The position numbers and the translations under genes are program-made. Positions 30,280-40,808 of a stretch of DNA of 64,000 bases are shown here, in pieces. The stretch is taken from NCBI GenBank assembly GCA_964413735.1, contig CAYPSS010000001.1, positions 56,237-120,236 of the forward strand, in the 5' to 3' direction. The DNA is from an uncultured Gammaproteobacteria bacterium. Its GTDB lineage: Bacteria > Patescibacteriota > Patescibacteriia > UBA11705. The notes under the pieces were generated by a model that worked only from the letters and a program-made list of their open reading frames with translations, had not been told where the DNA came from and searched no databases. The stretch's first letter is position 1. Each line of letters starts with the position of its first letter.

Positions 30280-30708
30280 TTATTCAAAATGTTCTATAGT
30301 AATTTTATTCAAATCACCATTAATAATAATCGGCTTCACTGCTTCAATTTCAGTTTTGCAATAAGGCATTTCAGGAATGGGGTTTAACATAAATATTTTT
30401 TGATTCAGAACATGGGCAAAGCCAATTTCCATTAGAGTATTTCCACCAACATAATTTTTTATCCCATTCTTATCAAAATTTAATACCAGCACCGCATCAG
30501 CCCCTTGCATCATTCTCCAAAATTCACGGATAGCGTCCATGTTATTCTTTTGGTGAAGTTTAATAGTTTCAATTTCCTCCTCGGTTTTTCCCACCATTGT
30601 TTTGTGCAAGTCCGTCAAAAAGGCCTCGTGTCCCAATTCCCGAAGTTTTTCGCGGTACTCCAGCATTTGATCTGTAAATTGCATTGATCCAATTATTCCT
30701 ATTCGCAT
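30280..30708 (-). CDS. Nucleoside 2-deoxyribosyltransferase-like protein
   Basis: IIGSM, ADAVLVLN, YVGGNTLMEIGFA. Confidence 0.55.
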   Translation of the reverse strand: MRIGIIGSMQFTDQMLEYREKLRELGHEAFLTDLHKTMVGKTEEEIETIKLHQKNNMDAIREFWRMMQGADAVLVLNFDKNGIKNYVGGNTLMEIGFAHVLNQKIFMLNPIPEMPYCKTEIEAVKPIIINGDLNKITIEHFE

Positions 30709-30936
30709 AAGAAAGATTTTAAAAAATTTGTAATTTCGCGTAATGTTTTGGTGTATCTAATGTTTCGCGAAGTGTAGGCAAATTTTTGCCTTTTATTTAT
30801 TTTCTTCGATAAATATTATGATTATTTAGTTTCCCAGATTATTCACAAAAATCTGCTTATTTTTATTTAATTTTCCCCCATTTTTGGCGAAGGGTAGAGG
30901 GGTTAGGGATGAATGCCCCGAAGCCAAGACTCCTTA

Positions 30937-31698
30937 TTATAATCTGTTCATCTGATTCAATATTTCATTCGCGAGATCTCGTTTGTCTATTAAATATTCG
31001 TCCCATTTGTTTGATTCTTTTCTCTTTCGTCCGGCAACAAACCCAAGCATTTTTTCGCCTTGTAATTTGTTAGACAATTTCAAAAAATCAGGCGCAGGCA
31101 CAAACCAAACATAATCCCATAAATCGCCTTGCTCTGTATCAAAAAAGCAAAACACCAAAGCCATTGAATATCTATCAACCACACTACTGGCTTTTGCTGT
31201 GGCGGTAAAAATATCGTCAGGGTTATCGCCAAAACGACTTTTGATTTGAATATACATTGTTTTCAAACTTTCTTTTCTTTTCACGATTAAATCAATGCCT
31301 TCGTCATCGGAAATCGGTTTGTAGCAAGAAAGAGTTGTATCGCCGTAAAGTGTAACGAGCTCGGCGATTCTGGCTTCGGCAATGTCTCCTTTTTGTTTTG
31401 AAGAAACATCTTTGGAAATTGTGTATTTCTTTTCTTCTTTTTCCGCTTCTTTTGCTTTTTCTGGTTCTTTGTAGTCGGGATTTAAACCAAAAGTGCTTGG
31501 GGCAGTTTTGATAAATCGAGATTTATCTTTTTTGGAATTTATATCAACGACAAGCTGGGCGTTCATGGTCGCTTCGGGTGTTTTTCCGGCGGTTTTTAGC
31601 CAGCCATGATCCAGCGCAATTTTTGTGATTTCTTTGCTGTGAAGTGGTTTGCTGGCTTCTTTTAAAATTTGATATGCAAGTTCTTTGAATGAGTTCAT
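30937..31698 (-). CDS. HARE-HTH winged helix fused to a PD-(D/E)XK-like nuclease
   Basis: ILKEASKPLH..EI..GKTPEATMNAQL..RF; DDEGIDLIV..IQIKSR. Confidence 0.7.
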   Translation of the reverse strand: MNSFKELAYQILKEASKPLHSKEITKIALDHGWLKTAGKTPEATMNAQLVVDINSKKDKSRFIKTAPSTFGLNPDYKEPEKAKEAEKEEKKYTISKDVSSKQKGDIAEARIAELVTLYGDTTLSCYKPISDDEGIDLIVKRKESLKTMYIQIKSRFGDNPDDIFTATAKASSVVDRYSMALVFCFFDTEQGDLWDYVWFVPAPDFLKLSNKLQGEKMLGFVAGRKRKESNKWDEYLIDKRDLANEILNQMNRL

Positions 31699-31857
31699 AT
31701 TATTTTTGATAACATTCTATGCAAAGTTTGGTTTGATTTTTGTTTAAACTCGCCAAAAACCGATCCTCGCAAAAATATTCTTCACCTTTAGGAATAATTT
31801 TTTTGCACTTCGTGCAAACGTATTCTTTTCTAGCTTTTTTCTTGACTAAATCCATAT

Positions 31858-34617
31858 TTATTTTAGTAATTGATCGGTAAAGACTTCTTCAAACTTAACT
31901 TCTTCTTTTCTGTTAAACAATGGCAATCCAATCAACGAATATTTTTTACTTTCAGCTTTTAATAAATCGCCAGTCCCGTATTTATCAGTAATTTGCTGTA
32001 AAAATTCTTCTTTCCAGCCCTCCTTGCTTTCTTTAAAACCACCTTCTTTATCAGCAAATTGACCGCCTTTTGGTTCAATAAAAATTTGGTAATAAAGGTT
32101 GTTTTTGTTTCCTTTCAAAAACAACAAAAAGTCCGGCTCAAAACCACGACCTTGCTCAAAGTCATAAATTTTATAAACCTCTTCGTTTCTAAGTAAATAT
32201 ACTTCTTGATATTGTTCTTCCAAATTTCCTATTTTCTTTTTCATAAACTCAAGCAACTCTCTTTCTTCGCTTGTTCCATTAAACCCATTTAGCACATACC
32301 AATTATGCTGTAATAGTTCAGTCTCAAGATTTTTGCTTTCCGGATCAATAAGCACGCTTTTTTCTTTTTCTTCACCAAATAAATCTTCAAAAGAAAAAGA
32401 CTCAAATTTTTCCGTTCCTTTGTGTGGATTGGCAATCTCTTTTAATTTCTTTGTAAATACTTCAAAAAATACAAGCAGCAAGTTTAATTTTTCCTCATTA
32501 CTAATATCATCTAAGCTATTTTTATCTTTTGAAGTAATTATATTGATTTTAAAATTACCAAGAAAATCGCTTGAGAAAATATCATCAACACTATTTAAGC
32601 TTAATTCGGTCTGTAAATTATCAAAACGCAGAAGCGAAAGATCTTTTGTAGCTTTTTTGTTTATGGCTTTGGCTACGATATGTTTTTCAAAATCGCTAAA
32701 TTTTACTGATATTGTTTTCTTATCTTTTTGTTTGCTTTCAGCAAGTAATTCATCTGTGTCTTTGTCTAAAACAACTTGCTGTTCTTTCATTATGAATTCG
32801 CTTGTCGTAAATTCAAAAACAAAATCTTTAGCCAATTCAGCTAAGGTTAATTTTCTTCTTTCCGGATTGTCTATTCTTTCATTTTTCCAAACCTTAATTT
32901 CCTTAAAAAAACCGCTTTGTTTAAAATCTTCCTTTAAGGCAAACTTCTTTATTGTACGGTTATCTTGAATAAACCCTTTATTTTTAAGTTCTCGTTTTAA
33001 TTCATCAAGATAGCGAACGTCATCGTCGCTGTGATAATAAAATTCTTCCAATACTCTCATTGGATTTTCTAAATCGTTATCAAATTTCCGTTTGTTTCTC
33101 TCGTATTCGTTATGATTAAAAGGAAAGTATCTAACTCCGCGTCCAATAAGCTGGATTTCTTGCAGGGTGGCTTGCCCCGCAACTCTTTGCCCGTTTTGGT
33201 GACCTTCATCACGGCCTTCATAAAGCCGAACAATATCAAAAAGATTAAGCACGTCCCAGCCCTCAGTTAAGCGCTTAACGGTAAAAATAGCTCGTATATG
33301 GTTATTTTTATCTTCTAAACTATTTAGTAATTGCTCTTGTTCTTCTGTGGTTTTTTCTTTCGTGGTGGCTTTGTTATCTTTTGAGTTGGTTATAATACAG
33401 TTTCTTTCAGAAAATTCGTCTTTGATGTAATTAACAATATCTCTTATGTTTATCTTTTCGGCTTTAATAAATCCTAGCATTTGTTTAACACGACTTTTGC
33501 CTTGTTCATACACCTTGAATAAACTTGCTTGATCTTCCTTAATACTATTCTCGACATTCTTTAAAAAGGCAAAATCAGTGGCTTGCAAATCAGCGATTAG
33601 TGCTAAAAAATACTCATAATCATTTTTTGATTCTTCAATCAGCTTACTACGAAACAACATTACTGGTTTAAAATTGGCGATATTATTTTTAAGCGCAATT
33701 TGGTGACGATACCAATTAAAAAGCAATGCGAGCAATATTTTTTCTTTTTTATTAAGTGATGTAGAAACTAAGTTTATTTCTTTTGTATATCCGGCTTTTA
33801 GAAAGTCAACGAGCTCAAATTTATAGATAGTTTTTGTCCTGTATTTTTCAACAACGTCGGCATTTTTTGGTATTGTGGCCGTAAATTCAAGCAAAACATT
33901 TCTATTTTCACTATCTTGTGTCTTTTTCCCTTTTCTTAAAATTTTATTTAAGACGGTATTTTCCCAGCTTTTTTCAACATCCTTTTCACTAGCGTTTTCT
34001 TTCAATTCTAAAGGCAAATCCATTTCCTCCTGACCATTTCGTATGGTTGAAGCGTTAAGGTGGTGCGCTTCATCGCCAATCATTACCAAATCTCGCTTTT
34101 GCAATTCACCAAGCGTCACTGAGTTTTCTTTTGCTAAATAAACTGCGTTATGAAGTTTATGAATAGAAGTAAATTTTATCTGTATGTCATCAGTATCATC
34201 AAAAGTTTCTACTTTGCGGATATTGATCGTCTTATCTTCAACGACTATATTTTGACGGAATTCGTATTTTGTATGTATTTTGTTGATAAAGTTGTTTTCC
34301 GTCTTATCAACGATATTGTTTTGATTTACAAAAAATATAAAATGTCGATAACCTTTTTTGTAGTAATACAAAATTAAAGCCGCCATCATCATGGTTTTGC
34401 CCGTTCCGGTTGCCATGTTAAACATCAAATGCGTTGGATCGTTTATATTTTCAACAAATTTTTCTTTTCTTTTCTCAAAAATATCAAAATATTGCATGGC
34501 ATCTTTTTGCCAATACCAAAAATCGTGCTTCAAATTGCTTTTAATATAATCCGGCACTTCATAAGATTCACCAGCAATATCAAGATATGTTTTAATCTTT
34601 TGAAATAATTCTTCCAT
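31858..34617 (-). CDS. res: Type III restriction endonuclease, Res subunit
   Basis: MATGTGKT, DEAHH, LTEGWDV, QLIGRGVR, PDF..IEPKG. Confidence 0.9.
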   Translation of the reverse strand: MEELFQKIKTYLDIAGESYEVPDYIKSNLKHDFWYWQKDAMQYFDIFEKRKEKFVENINDPTHLMFNMATGTGKTMMMAALILYYYKKGYRHFIFFVNQNNIVDKTENNFINKIHTKYEFRQNIVVEDKTINIRKVETFDDTDDIQIKFTSIHKLHNAVYLAKENSVTLGELQKRDLVMIGDEAHHLNASTIRNGQEEMDLPLELKENASEKDVEKSWENTVLNKILRKGKKTQDSENRNVLLEFTATIPKNADVVEKYRTKTIYKFELVDFLKAGYTKEINLVSTSLNKKEKILLALLFNWYRHQIALKNNIANFKPVMLFRSKLIEESKNDYEYFLALIADLQATDFAFLKNVENSIKEDQASLFKVYEQGKSRVKQMLGFIKAEKINIRDIVNYIKDEFSERNCIITNSKDNKATTKEKTTEEQEQLLNSLEDKNNHIRAIFTVKRLTEGWDVLNLFDIVRLYEGRDEGHQNGQRVAGQATLQEIQLIGRGVRYFPFNHNEYERNKRKFDNDLENPMRVLEEFYYHSDDDVRYLDELKRELKNKGFIQDNRTIKKFALKEDFKQSGFFKEIKVWKNERIDNPERRKLTLAELAKDFVFEFTTSEFIMKEQQVVLDKDTDELLAESKQKDKKTISVKFSDFEKHIVAKAINKKATKDLSLLRFDNLQTELSLNSVDDIFSSDFLGNFKINIITSKDKNSLDDISNEEKLNLLLVFFEVFTKKLKEIANPHKGTEKFESFSFEDLFGEEKEKSVLIDPESKNLETELLQHNWYVLNGFNGTSEERELLEFMKKKIGNLEEQYQEVYLLRNEEVYKIYDFEQGRGFEPDFLLFLKGNKNNLYYQIFIEPKGGQFADKEGGFKESKEGWKEEFLQQITDKYGTGDLLKAESKKYSLIGLPLFNRKEEVKFEEVFTDQLLK

Positions 34618-34619
34618 AT

Positions 34620-36686
34620 CTATTTTTTGGTATTATAAAATTCTTCACTTAAAGCAATATCTTCTTTGGATAGGTTATATTTTTTGTCCGCACGTTCACT
34701 GAAATTGACATATATTTGATTCATATCAAGCATTTCCACAAACAATTTTTTCTGCTCATTTAAACTAAGCTTTTTAAATCCTTCTTCCTTGATTGTCTTT
34801 TCATTAAATTCTTTTGTTTTGACATTGTAGTTGAAGAAATATCGTTCATAGAGTTCGTCAAAAAGTTTTTCAAGTTCACTTAAACTTTTTGCTTTTAATA
34901 TTTTTTCCTTTGCTTCCTCGTTCCATTTTGCGAGTTCTACGGAAATAAAATTACCGCCACCGTTCCAATTAATCCTTTCTGATATTCCAGTACTATCACC
35001 TTTTAATACATTATTTAATCTAGTTATACTATCATCTTCCCCATAATCTAATTGTTCTATTCCTATATACTGAAAACCTAGCTTGTGAGCAACTGCACAG
35101 GTAGTTCCGGATCCCAAATGATAATCTAAAATAATATCATTATCCGAAAGCCCTAACTTTACAATTCTATCAATAAGCTCTTCGGGTTTTTTTCCACTTT
35201 TAAAACTGACATCTCCTTCAATATCTAGCCTTCCCCATGAGATATCTGTCCATAAGGATCCTATCTCTTCTAATTTATATACCTGACCATCTGCTTTTTT
35301 CGCACTATCCGCAAACCAAACAACTAGAGTTTTATTCCAAATATATTTATTAACTAATTTCCCTTTATCTCGGCCACTTTTAGGTATATATTCATAAGAA
35401 ACTAATTTGTTTTTTCCTTTTATAATTCCATTAATTTTATCCAGAAGAGATGTTTGTGCATTAGTTACCATAAAAATCTTGTCAAAATACTTTTCATAAA
35501 CATCATTGACCGATAAATTTTCATTTTTAATTAAATTATTTACAGTTTCAAAATTGAACTCTGTATGCTCAAATACTTTAATACCATCAATTTCAGTAAT
35601 TAATTTTCTCTTTCCTGCATCCATTAATACTCTTGTATAATAAAAACCAACGCTCTCCTCTTTATGCTTTCTAATATAATCTTCAATAATTGTAGCGTTA
35701 TAAATTGGCTGATAATCGAAGAAATCTTTATTTTTACAATAAAACAAAATAAACTCGCTGTTCTTTTTCATTTTCTTATCTTCACCACCACCGCTGGCAC
35801 CCGAACTAGCTTTAGCTTTAACTGTTATCGTATTTACATAATTTGATGAATGAAAAATATCATCAAGTAAGACCTTTAAGTACGCCAATCCCTCATCAGA
35901 TATTTGAATAAATATCATTCCATCATTTGTTAATAAATCTCTAGCTATTTTTAATCTATCTTTCATAAAAACTAACCAAGTAGAAAGTTTGAAATTTGTA
36001 TTATATGCGAAACTATCACTTGTTTTATTCCCAGTAAAATAATACGGTGGATCAATATAAATTAACTTCACTTTTCCTGTAAATTGCTCCTTAAGGGAAT
36101 GAAGGGCAAGAAGATTATTGCCTTTGATTATTAAATTTTCACGGATTGTGCCGTCTTTGTCGCGTTTTAATTCTTTTACTTTTTCCTCACCTTTAGTGGT
36201 ATATCTCTTCCAATTTACCAAGGCTTTTGGATCTTCGAGTCGGTCAATTTCATCTTTGGCCAAAACTTCATTGAAAAATATTTCATTTCTCTTTTGATCT
36301 TCTTTTGTCATTCCACCTTCAAGCACACAATCTTTGAATGGCCAGTCTAAAACGACCTCATTTCTTTCGGAAAGTAGTTGATTGCCAACTCGAAGTCCGA
36401 TTTTGTTTTGGTATTGTGTGTATGAATTGTCAAGTTTGTTTTCATCAATAAAAAACTTTAATTCATTTTGCTTGAGGACAACAACATCTTTAATTTTGAT
36501 AAAAAATTTCTCTTTTGCTTCTTTATCGCTCAACAGAATTTCAATAAGTTTTTCATCAAGCTTGTCGACCAAATCTTTCAAAAGTGTTTCGTTAAACTCT
36601 TTCGTTTCTTCATTCCACAAACGAGCATCCTTTTTAAGTAAGCCGTATAGTTTAGTTTTAAAATTTTCCATAGTATTTGATTTCAT
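34620..36686 (-). CDS. mod: Type III adenine DNA methyltransferase, Mod subunit
   Basis: IKGNNL, IYIDPPY, GKKPE, DYHLGSGTT. Confidence 0.92.
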   Translation of the reverse strand: MKSNTMENFKTKLYGLLKKDARLWNEETKEFNETLLKDLVDKLDEKLIEILLSDKEAKEKFFIKIKDVVVLKQNELKFFIDENKLDNSYTQYQNKIGLRVGNQLLSERNEVVLDWPFKDCVLEGGMTKEDQKRNEIFFNEVLAKDEIDRLEDPKALVNWKRYTTKGEEKVKELKRDKDGTIRENLIIKGNNLLALHSLKEQFTGKVKLIYIDPPYYFTGNKTSDSFAYNTNFKLSTWLVFMKDRLKIARDLLTNDGMIFIQISDEGLAYLKVLLDDIFHSSNYVNTITVKAKASSGASGGGEDKKMKKNSEFILFYCKNKDFFDYQPIYNATIIEDYIRKHKEESVGFYYTRVLMDAGKRKLITEIDGIKVFEHTEFNFETVNNLIKNENLSVNDVYEKYFDKIFMVTNAQTSLLDKINGIIKGKNKLVSYEYIPKSGRDKGKLVNKYIWNKTLVVWFADSAKKADGQVYKLEEIGSLWTDISWGRLDIEGDVSFKSGKKPEELIDRIVKLGLSDNDIILDYHLGSGTTCAVAHKLGFQYIGIEQLDYGEDDSITRLNNVLKGDSTGISERINWNGGGNFISVELAKWNEEAKEKILKAKSLSELEKLFDELYERYFFNYNVKTKEFNEKTIKEEGFKKLSLNEQKKLFVEMLDMNQIYVNFSERADKKYNLSKEDIALSEEFYNTKK

Positions 36687-36920
36687 AAGTCAATTTATTG
36701 TTATTGTAGTTTATTTCCCCTTATAAATAAATTGTTTTCTGAAGCGCAGCGGAAGAAAACACCTTATACCCCCCTCTTAAAATAATAAAAATAAAATTTG
36801 ATCATTATAGAAAAGTGTTAGGCATTAGCCGTAAAAAGAAAAGGGATATTTCAGCTAACTCGTTTCAATATACCTAAACCTCATAATAACAACCACTTAT
36901 ATTATAAAAACTACTATTTC

Positions 36921-37184
36921 TCACTTCACCGGATCATTCCCACCCTTACTCCACGGATTACACCTCATAATCCGCCAAATCGCCTTAACCCCACCCACAA
37001 TCACCCCATATTTCTCAATCGCCTGATACCCATATTGGGAACAAGTGGGATGAAAACGACAAAAACCATACGGATACCAGGATTTTAAGGGACCGTGGTC
37101 CGGCGATAAGGTTTTCTGATAAATTTTGATTAATTTCAAGACCAGAAAACGCGGATAAAATTTAAAAGTGTTGAATATTTTCAT
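36921..37184 (-). CDS. yidD: Membrane protein insertion efficiency factor YidD
   Basis: CRFHPTCSQY, RIMRCNPWSKGG.DPV. Confidence 0.95.
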   Translation of the reverse strand: MKIFNTFKFYPRFLVLKLIKIYQKTLSPDHGPLKSWYPYGFCRFHPTCSQYGYQAIEKYGVIVGGVKAIWRIMRCNPWSKGGNDPVK

Positions 37185-37535
37185 TTATTTCACTATTCTT
37201 TTTAATAAAGTTTCTAAATTTCCCTTAATTTGGTCAAATTCCAAAGTTTTGGCTTTTGGTTGCACGACCACCAAAACATCAAAACCCGCCAATGTGGTAA
37301 TTTTTTCTTTGAAAATCTCTCTGATTTGCCGTTTCAATCGATTTCGCACCACCGCTCGATTATCCACCTTGGTATTGATAATAATCCCTAAGCGAAAATT
37401 CGTCTTATCTCCTCTTAATACTTTAATAACAAAAAACGGATCCGAAGCTGATAACCCCTTTTTTAATTTGAAACTTTTACCGAAAAATTCGTCAATTTCC
37501 TTTTTCTTGTTAATGCGATTCTTTGCTTTTAACAT
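37185..37535 (-). CDS. rnpA: Ribonuclease P protein component
   Basis: RLGIII..KV..AVVRNRLKRQIRE. Confidence 0.93.
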   Translation of the reverse strand: MLKAKNRINKKKEIDEFFGKSFKLKKGLSASDPFFVIKVLRGDKTNFRLGIIINTKVDNRAVVRNRLKRQIREIFKEKITTLAGFDVLVVVQPKAKTLEFDQIKGNLETLLKRIVK

Positions 37536-37592
37536 ATATATAATGATACCAAGTTTTATAATTCAAAAAAAGTCCCTGGCCGGGACTTTCTT

Positions 37593-37739
37593 TTATCTAT
37601 CAGATGTAGTTAAACTTTTGCGACCGCGAACTCGTCGTCGTTTCAACACTTTGCGGCCGTTTTTCGTACTCATCCGTTCTAAAAAACCGTGTTTCTTGGC
37701 TTTCTTTCTTTTATTTGGCTGATAAGTTCGTTTTGGCAT
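37593..37739 (-). CDS. rpmH: 50S ribosomal protein L34 (48 aa, not in the ORF track)
   Basis: Manual translation [48 protein letters not shown]. Confidence 0.96.
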   Translation of the reverse strand: MPKRTYQPNKRKKAKKHGFLERMSTKNGRKVLKRRRVRGRKSLTTSDR

Positions 37740-37866
37740 AAAAAAAATTTAATATGAGATTAAGAACATAATACCTTATTATCATTATAATGTCAATAGA
37801 AAGGAATTAAGACACCCAAGCCCCTTGTCAAAAAAATTTTAGGTGTGCTAAAATGGAAAACGAGAG

Positions 37867-37926
37867 TTATCAACAAGTTATTAACACAATACCAACTTTT
37901 CATTGCTTTACGACAGTTTATCCACA
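37867..37926 (+). promoter_or_regulatory. DnaA boxes upstream of dnaA
   Basis: TTATCAACA 37867, TTATTAACA 37878, TTATCCACA 37918. Confidence 0.85.
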
Positions 37927-37986
37927 ATTGTGTTCGTGTTAAAATAGCATTAAGTTAAATTAAATTAAAAATAAAATACTTTATCT

Positions 37987-39378
37987 ATGGAAGATCGCAA
38001 TCAAGCTCTATGGAACGCCGTGTTGGCGGAAATGGAACTTAGCCTTAGTAAAGCCAGTTTTACCACTTGGCTGAAAAACACTTTTATAGTAAAGAACGAA
38101 GATGGCCGAATTGTTATCGGTGTGCCCAACACCTTTTCTCAGGCCTGGCTCAAACAAAAATACCACCAAAACATTTACAAGATTATCCAAGACAAAAGCG
38201 ACGAACGCATCAAGGAAATCATTTATCGGGTGCAAACCTTGAAAAACTACAAAGAAGAAGTGGAACAATTCAAGAAAAATGCGGTTAAAGAAGCTTGTTT
38301 GGACAGCATCCAAGCCAAACCAACCATTATTGAACCAACTTTTTCCGAAAATAACGGTTTAAACAACAAATATACTTTTGACAGTTTTATTGTGGGCAAA
38401 AACAATGAACTGGCCCACGCCGCCGCTAAGGCCGTGGCCCAAAATCCGGGTTTTACTTATAATCCGCTTTTTATTTATGGCGGAGTGGGACTGGGGAAAA
38501 CCCACTTATCCCAAGCCATTGGTAATGAGGTGACCAGAAATAATCCCAGTAAGAAAATTTTGTATGTTACTTGTGAACAATTTACCAATGATTTTATTTC
38601 TTCCATTCAAAGTGGCGCTCCCGAGAAATTTACCAAGGTTTATCGCACCGCTGATGTACTTATTATTGATGATATCCAATTTTTGACCGGTAAAGAAGGC
38701 ACGCAAGAAGCATTTTTTCATACCTTTAATGATTTACATCAGAAAAACAAACAAATTGTTATTACCTCGGATCGTCCACCCAAAGCCATTGCCACACTGG
38801 AAGATCGTTTATTGTCCCGTTTTGAATGGGGTATGATTGCTGATATTTCACAGCCGGACCTGGAAACCAGAATTGCGATTTTGGAAACCAAATGCAGGGA
38901 AAAAGAGTTTAATTTGGAAAGAGAGATCATCCAATACATTACTATGAATATCCAAAACAATGTCCGCGAATTGGAAGGCGCTTTGAATAAAATTATTGCT
39001 TATTATCAATTGAACAATATTTCTCCCACCATGGAAAATGTCAAAAATATTCTATTTTCCATTTCTTCTTCCAGTCGAAAAAACGATTCTGTCACCATTA
39101 AAAAAGTTTTGGAAACCATCAGCACTTTTTATGAAATTTCCACCGATGAAATTACCGGCAAAAGCCGTGAAAAGCGTTATGCCTTGCCTCGTCAAATTAT
39201 TATGTTTTTAATGCGCGAAGAATTAGGATACTCCTATCCAACAATTGGCGCAGAAATCGGTGGCCGAGATCATACCACCGCGATGCATGCTTATTCGAAA
39301 ATCAGTCGTCAAATAGAAAATGACGAAAAACTCCGCCAAGAATTAAATCTCTTGAAACAACGACTTTATTCTTGTTAA
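37987..39378 (+). CDS. dnaA: Chromosomal replication initiator DnaA
   Basis: YNPLFIYGGVGLGKTHL, IDDIQF, RLLSRFEWG, GGRDHTT. Confidence 0.98.
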   Translation: MEDRNQALWNAVLAEMELSLSKASFTTWLKNTFIVKNEDGRIVIGVPNTFSQAWLKQKYHQNIYKIIQDKSDERIKEIIYRVQTLKNYKEEVEQFKKNAVKEACLDSIQAKPTIIEPTFSENNGLNNKYTFDSFIVGKNNELAHAAAKAVAQNPGFTYNPLFIYGGVGLGKTHLSQAIGNEVTRNNPSKKILYVTCEQFTNDFISSIQSGAPEKFTKVYRTADVLIIDDIQFLTGKEGTQEAFFHTFNDLHQKNKQIVITSDRPPKAIATLEDRLLSRFEWGMIADISQPDLETRIAILETKCREKEFNLEREIIQYITMNIQNNVRELEGALNKIIAYYQLNNISPTMENVKNILFSISSSSRKNDSVTIKKVLETISTFYEISTDEITGKSREKRYALPRQIIMFLMREELGYSYPTIGAEIGGRDHTTAMHAYSKISRQIENDEKLRQELNLLKQRLYSC

Positions 39379-39630
39379 TAAAATGTGAACAACTGATAAT
39401 TTTTCGTTTATAAGTTTGGGATTAATCAGAACCCAATGTGCACAAAAAAACAGAAAATAACAACAATATTTATTTTTGCTCATTCACCAACAAGGAGTAA
39501 ACAATGATAATAACAAGTGGTGTTAATAGAATTTCCGCTAATTTAAGAAAGGAAAAGCACTTATCCCAATTATCAACACTATTATTATTGTTATTTCTTA
39601 TATATATATTGTGTTTTAATTAATATAATA
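39373..39630. other. oriC: oriC core between dnaA and dnaN
   Basis: Degenerate DnaA boxes (39373, 39384, 39561, 39570), then ctattattattgttatt trio-like run and AT-rich tract. Confidence 0.75.
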
Positions 39631-39638
39631 GGCCTTCT

Positions 39639-40757
39639 ATGAAAATAACTTGTACCCAAGAAAATCTCAATCAAGGATTAAACATTACCGGTCATTTGGT
39701 AAATAAAAGTGTTAATCTCCCAATCTTAAACAATCTTTTAATTGAAGCCAAAGAAGGTCAAATTAAATTACTTTCCACTAATTTGGAAATCGGGATCAGT
39801 ACTTTGATCCGAGGAAAAATTGAACAACAAGGAGTGTTTACCGTTGATTCAAAACTTTTGGCTGATTATGTGTCTTTGCTACCAAAAGATAATGTGGAAA
39901 TGGAATTGGTCAAAGATGATTTTCTAAATGTTAAATGCAAAAATAATAATACCAGAATAAAGGGTATCCCGGCGGATGATTTTCCCGTTATTCCGGAAAT
40001 TGAAAAAAAAGATCCTTTTGTTGTTTCCATTAAAGAGCTCAAAATGGCGATCTCTCAAGTTTTGTTTGCGGTTTCCAATAATGATACTCGACCGGAGATT
40101 AGTGGCGTTTTGATGGCATTTGGGGACAATAAATTGATTTTGGTTGGGACCGACAGTTATCGTTTAGCGGAAAAGAAAATTTCCGCTTCTGGCTCCAGTA
40201 AACAAATGCAAGTGATTGTCCCGTTAAAAACTTTGCAAGAGTTGTTGCGTATTTTAAGTGCCATGAAGGAAGATTCGGAATTGGAAAATCTGGATATTTA
40301 TATTTCCGATAATCAAATTTTGTTTGTCATTGATGGTATTGAAATGATTTCTCGTTTGGTTGAGGGAAATTATCCGGATTACAAACAAATTATTCCAACC
40401 GACGCTAAAACTAAAACCGAGGTTAATACCAATGAGTTTGTCAAAATCATTAAAACCACTGCTTTGTTTTCCAAGGTGGGGATCTTTGATATTAAATTGG
40501 AATTTTTACCGGAAAACAAAAGTATTGTTGTTTCTTCCAATAATATTCAGGTTGGTGAAAGTGTTTCCGAGTTGGAAGTTGGATTTTCCGGCGAAAAAAA
40601 CAACACGACTTTAAACTATCGATTTTTGATTGATGGTTTATCAAACATTGGGAGCAGTGAAATTACCTTAGACGTAATTGATAATAATGTCCCTTGTGTG
40701 ATGAAGCCTAAGGGCGATGATAGCTATTTGTATATTATTATGCCGATCAAACAATAG
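39639..40757 (+). CDS. dnaN: DNA polymerase III beta clamp
   Basis: LPILNN, STNLEI, GTDSYRL, SRLVEGNYPDY, IIMPI. Confidence 0.97.
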   Translation: MKITCTQENLNQGLNITGHLVNKSVNLPILNNLLIEAKEGQIKLLSTNLEIGISTLIRGKIEQQGVFTVDSKLLADYVSLLPKDNVEMELVKDDFLNVKCKNNNTRIKGIPADDFPVIPEIEKKDPFVVSIKELKMAISQVLFAVSNNDTRPEISGVLMAFGDNKLILVGTDSYRLAEKKISASGSSKQMQVIVPLKTLQELLRILSAMKEDSELENLDIYISDNQILFVIDGIEMISRLVEGNYPDYKQIIPTDAKTKTEVNTNEFVKIIKTTALFSKVGIFDIKLEFLPENKSIVVSSNNIQVGESVSELEVGFSGEKNNTTLNYRFLIDGLSNIGSSEITLDVIDNNVPCVMKPKGDDSYLYIIMPIKQ

Positions 40758-40808
40758 ATTATAAATAAAAAGACCGTCGCTTTCCGACGGTTTTTTTGTA
40801 GAAAAAAT

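Noticed and set aside
34620-36686. Phase-variable mod gene
   Set aside because: No simple-sequence repeat tract seen in the ORF
32333-37722. Long antisense ORFs (32333..32968, 36382..36726, 37168..37722)
   Set aside because: Shadows of res, mod and rnpA/rpmH
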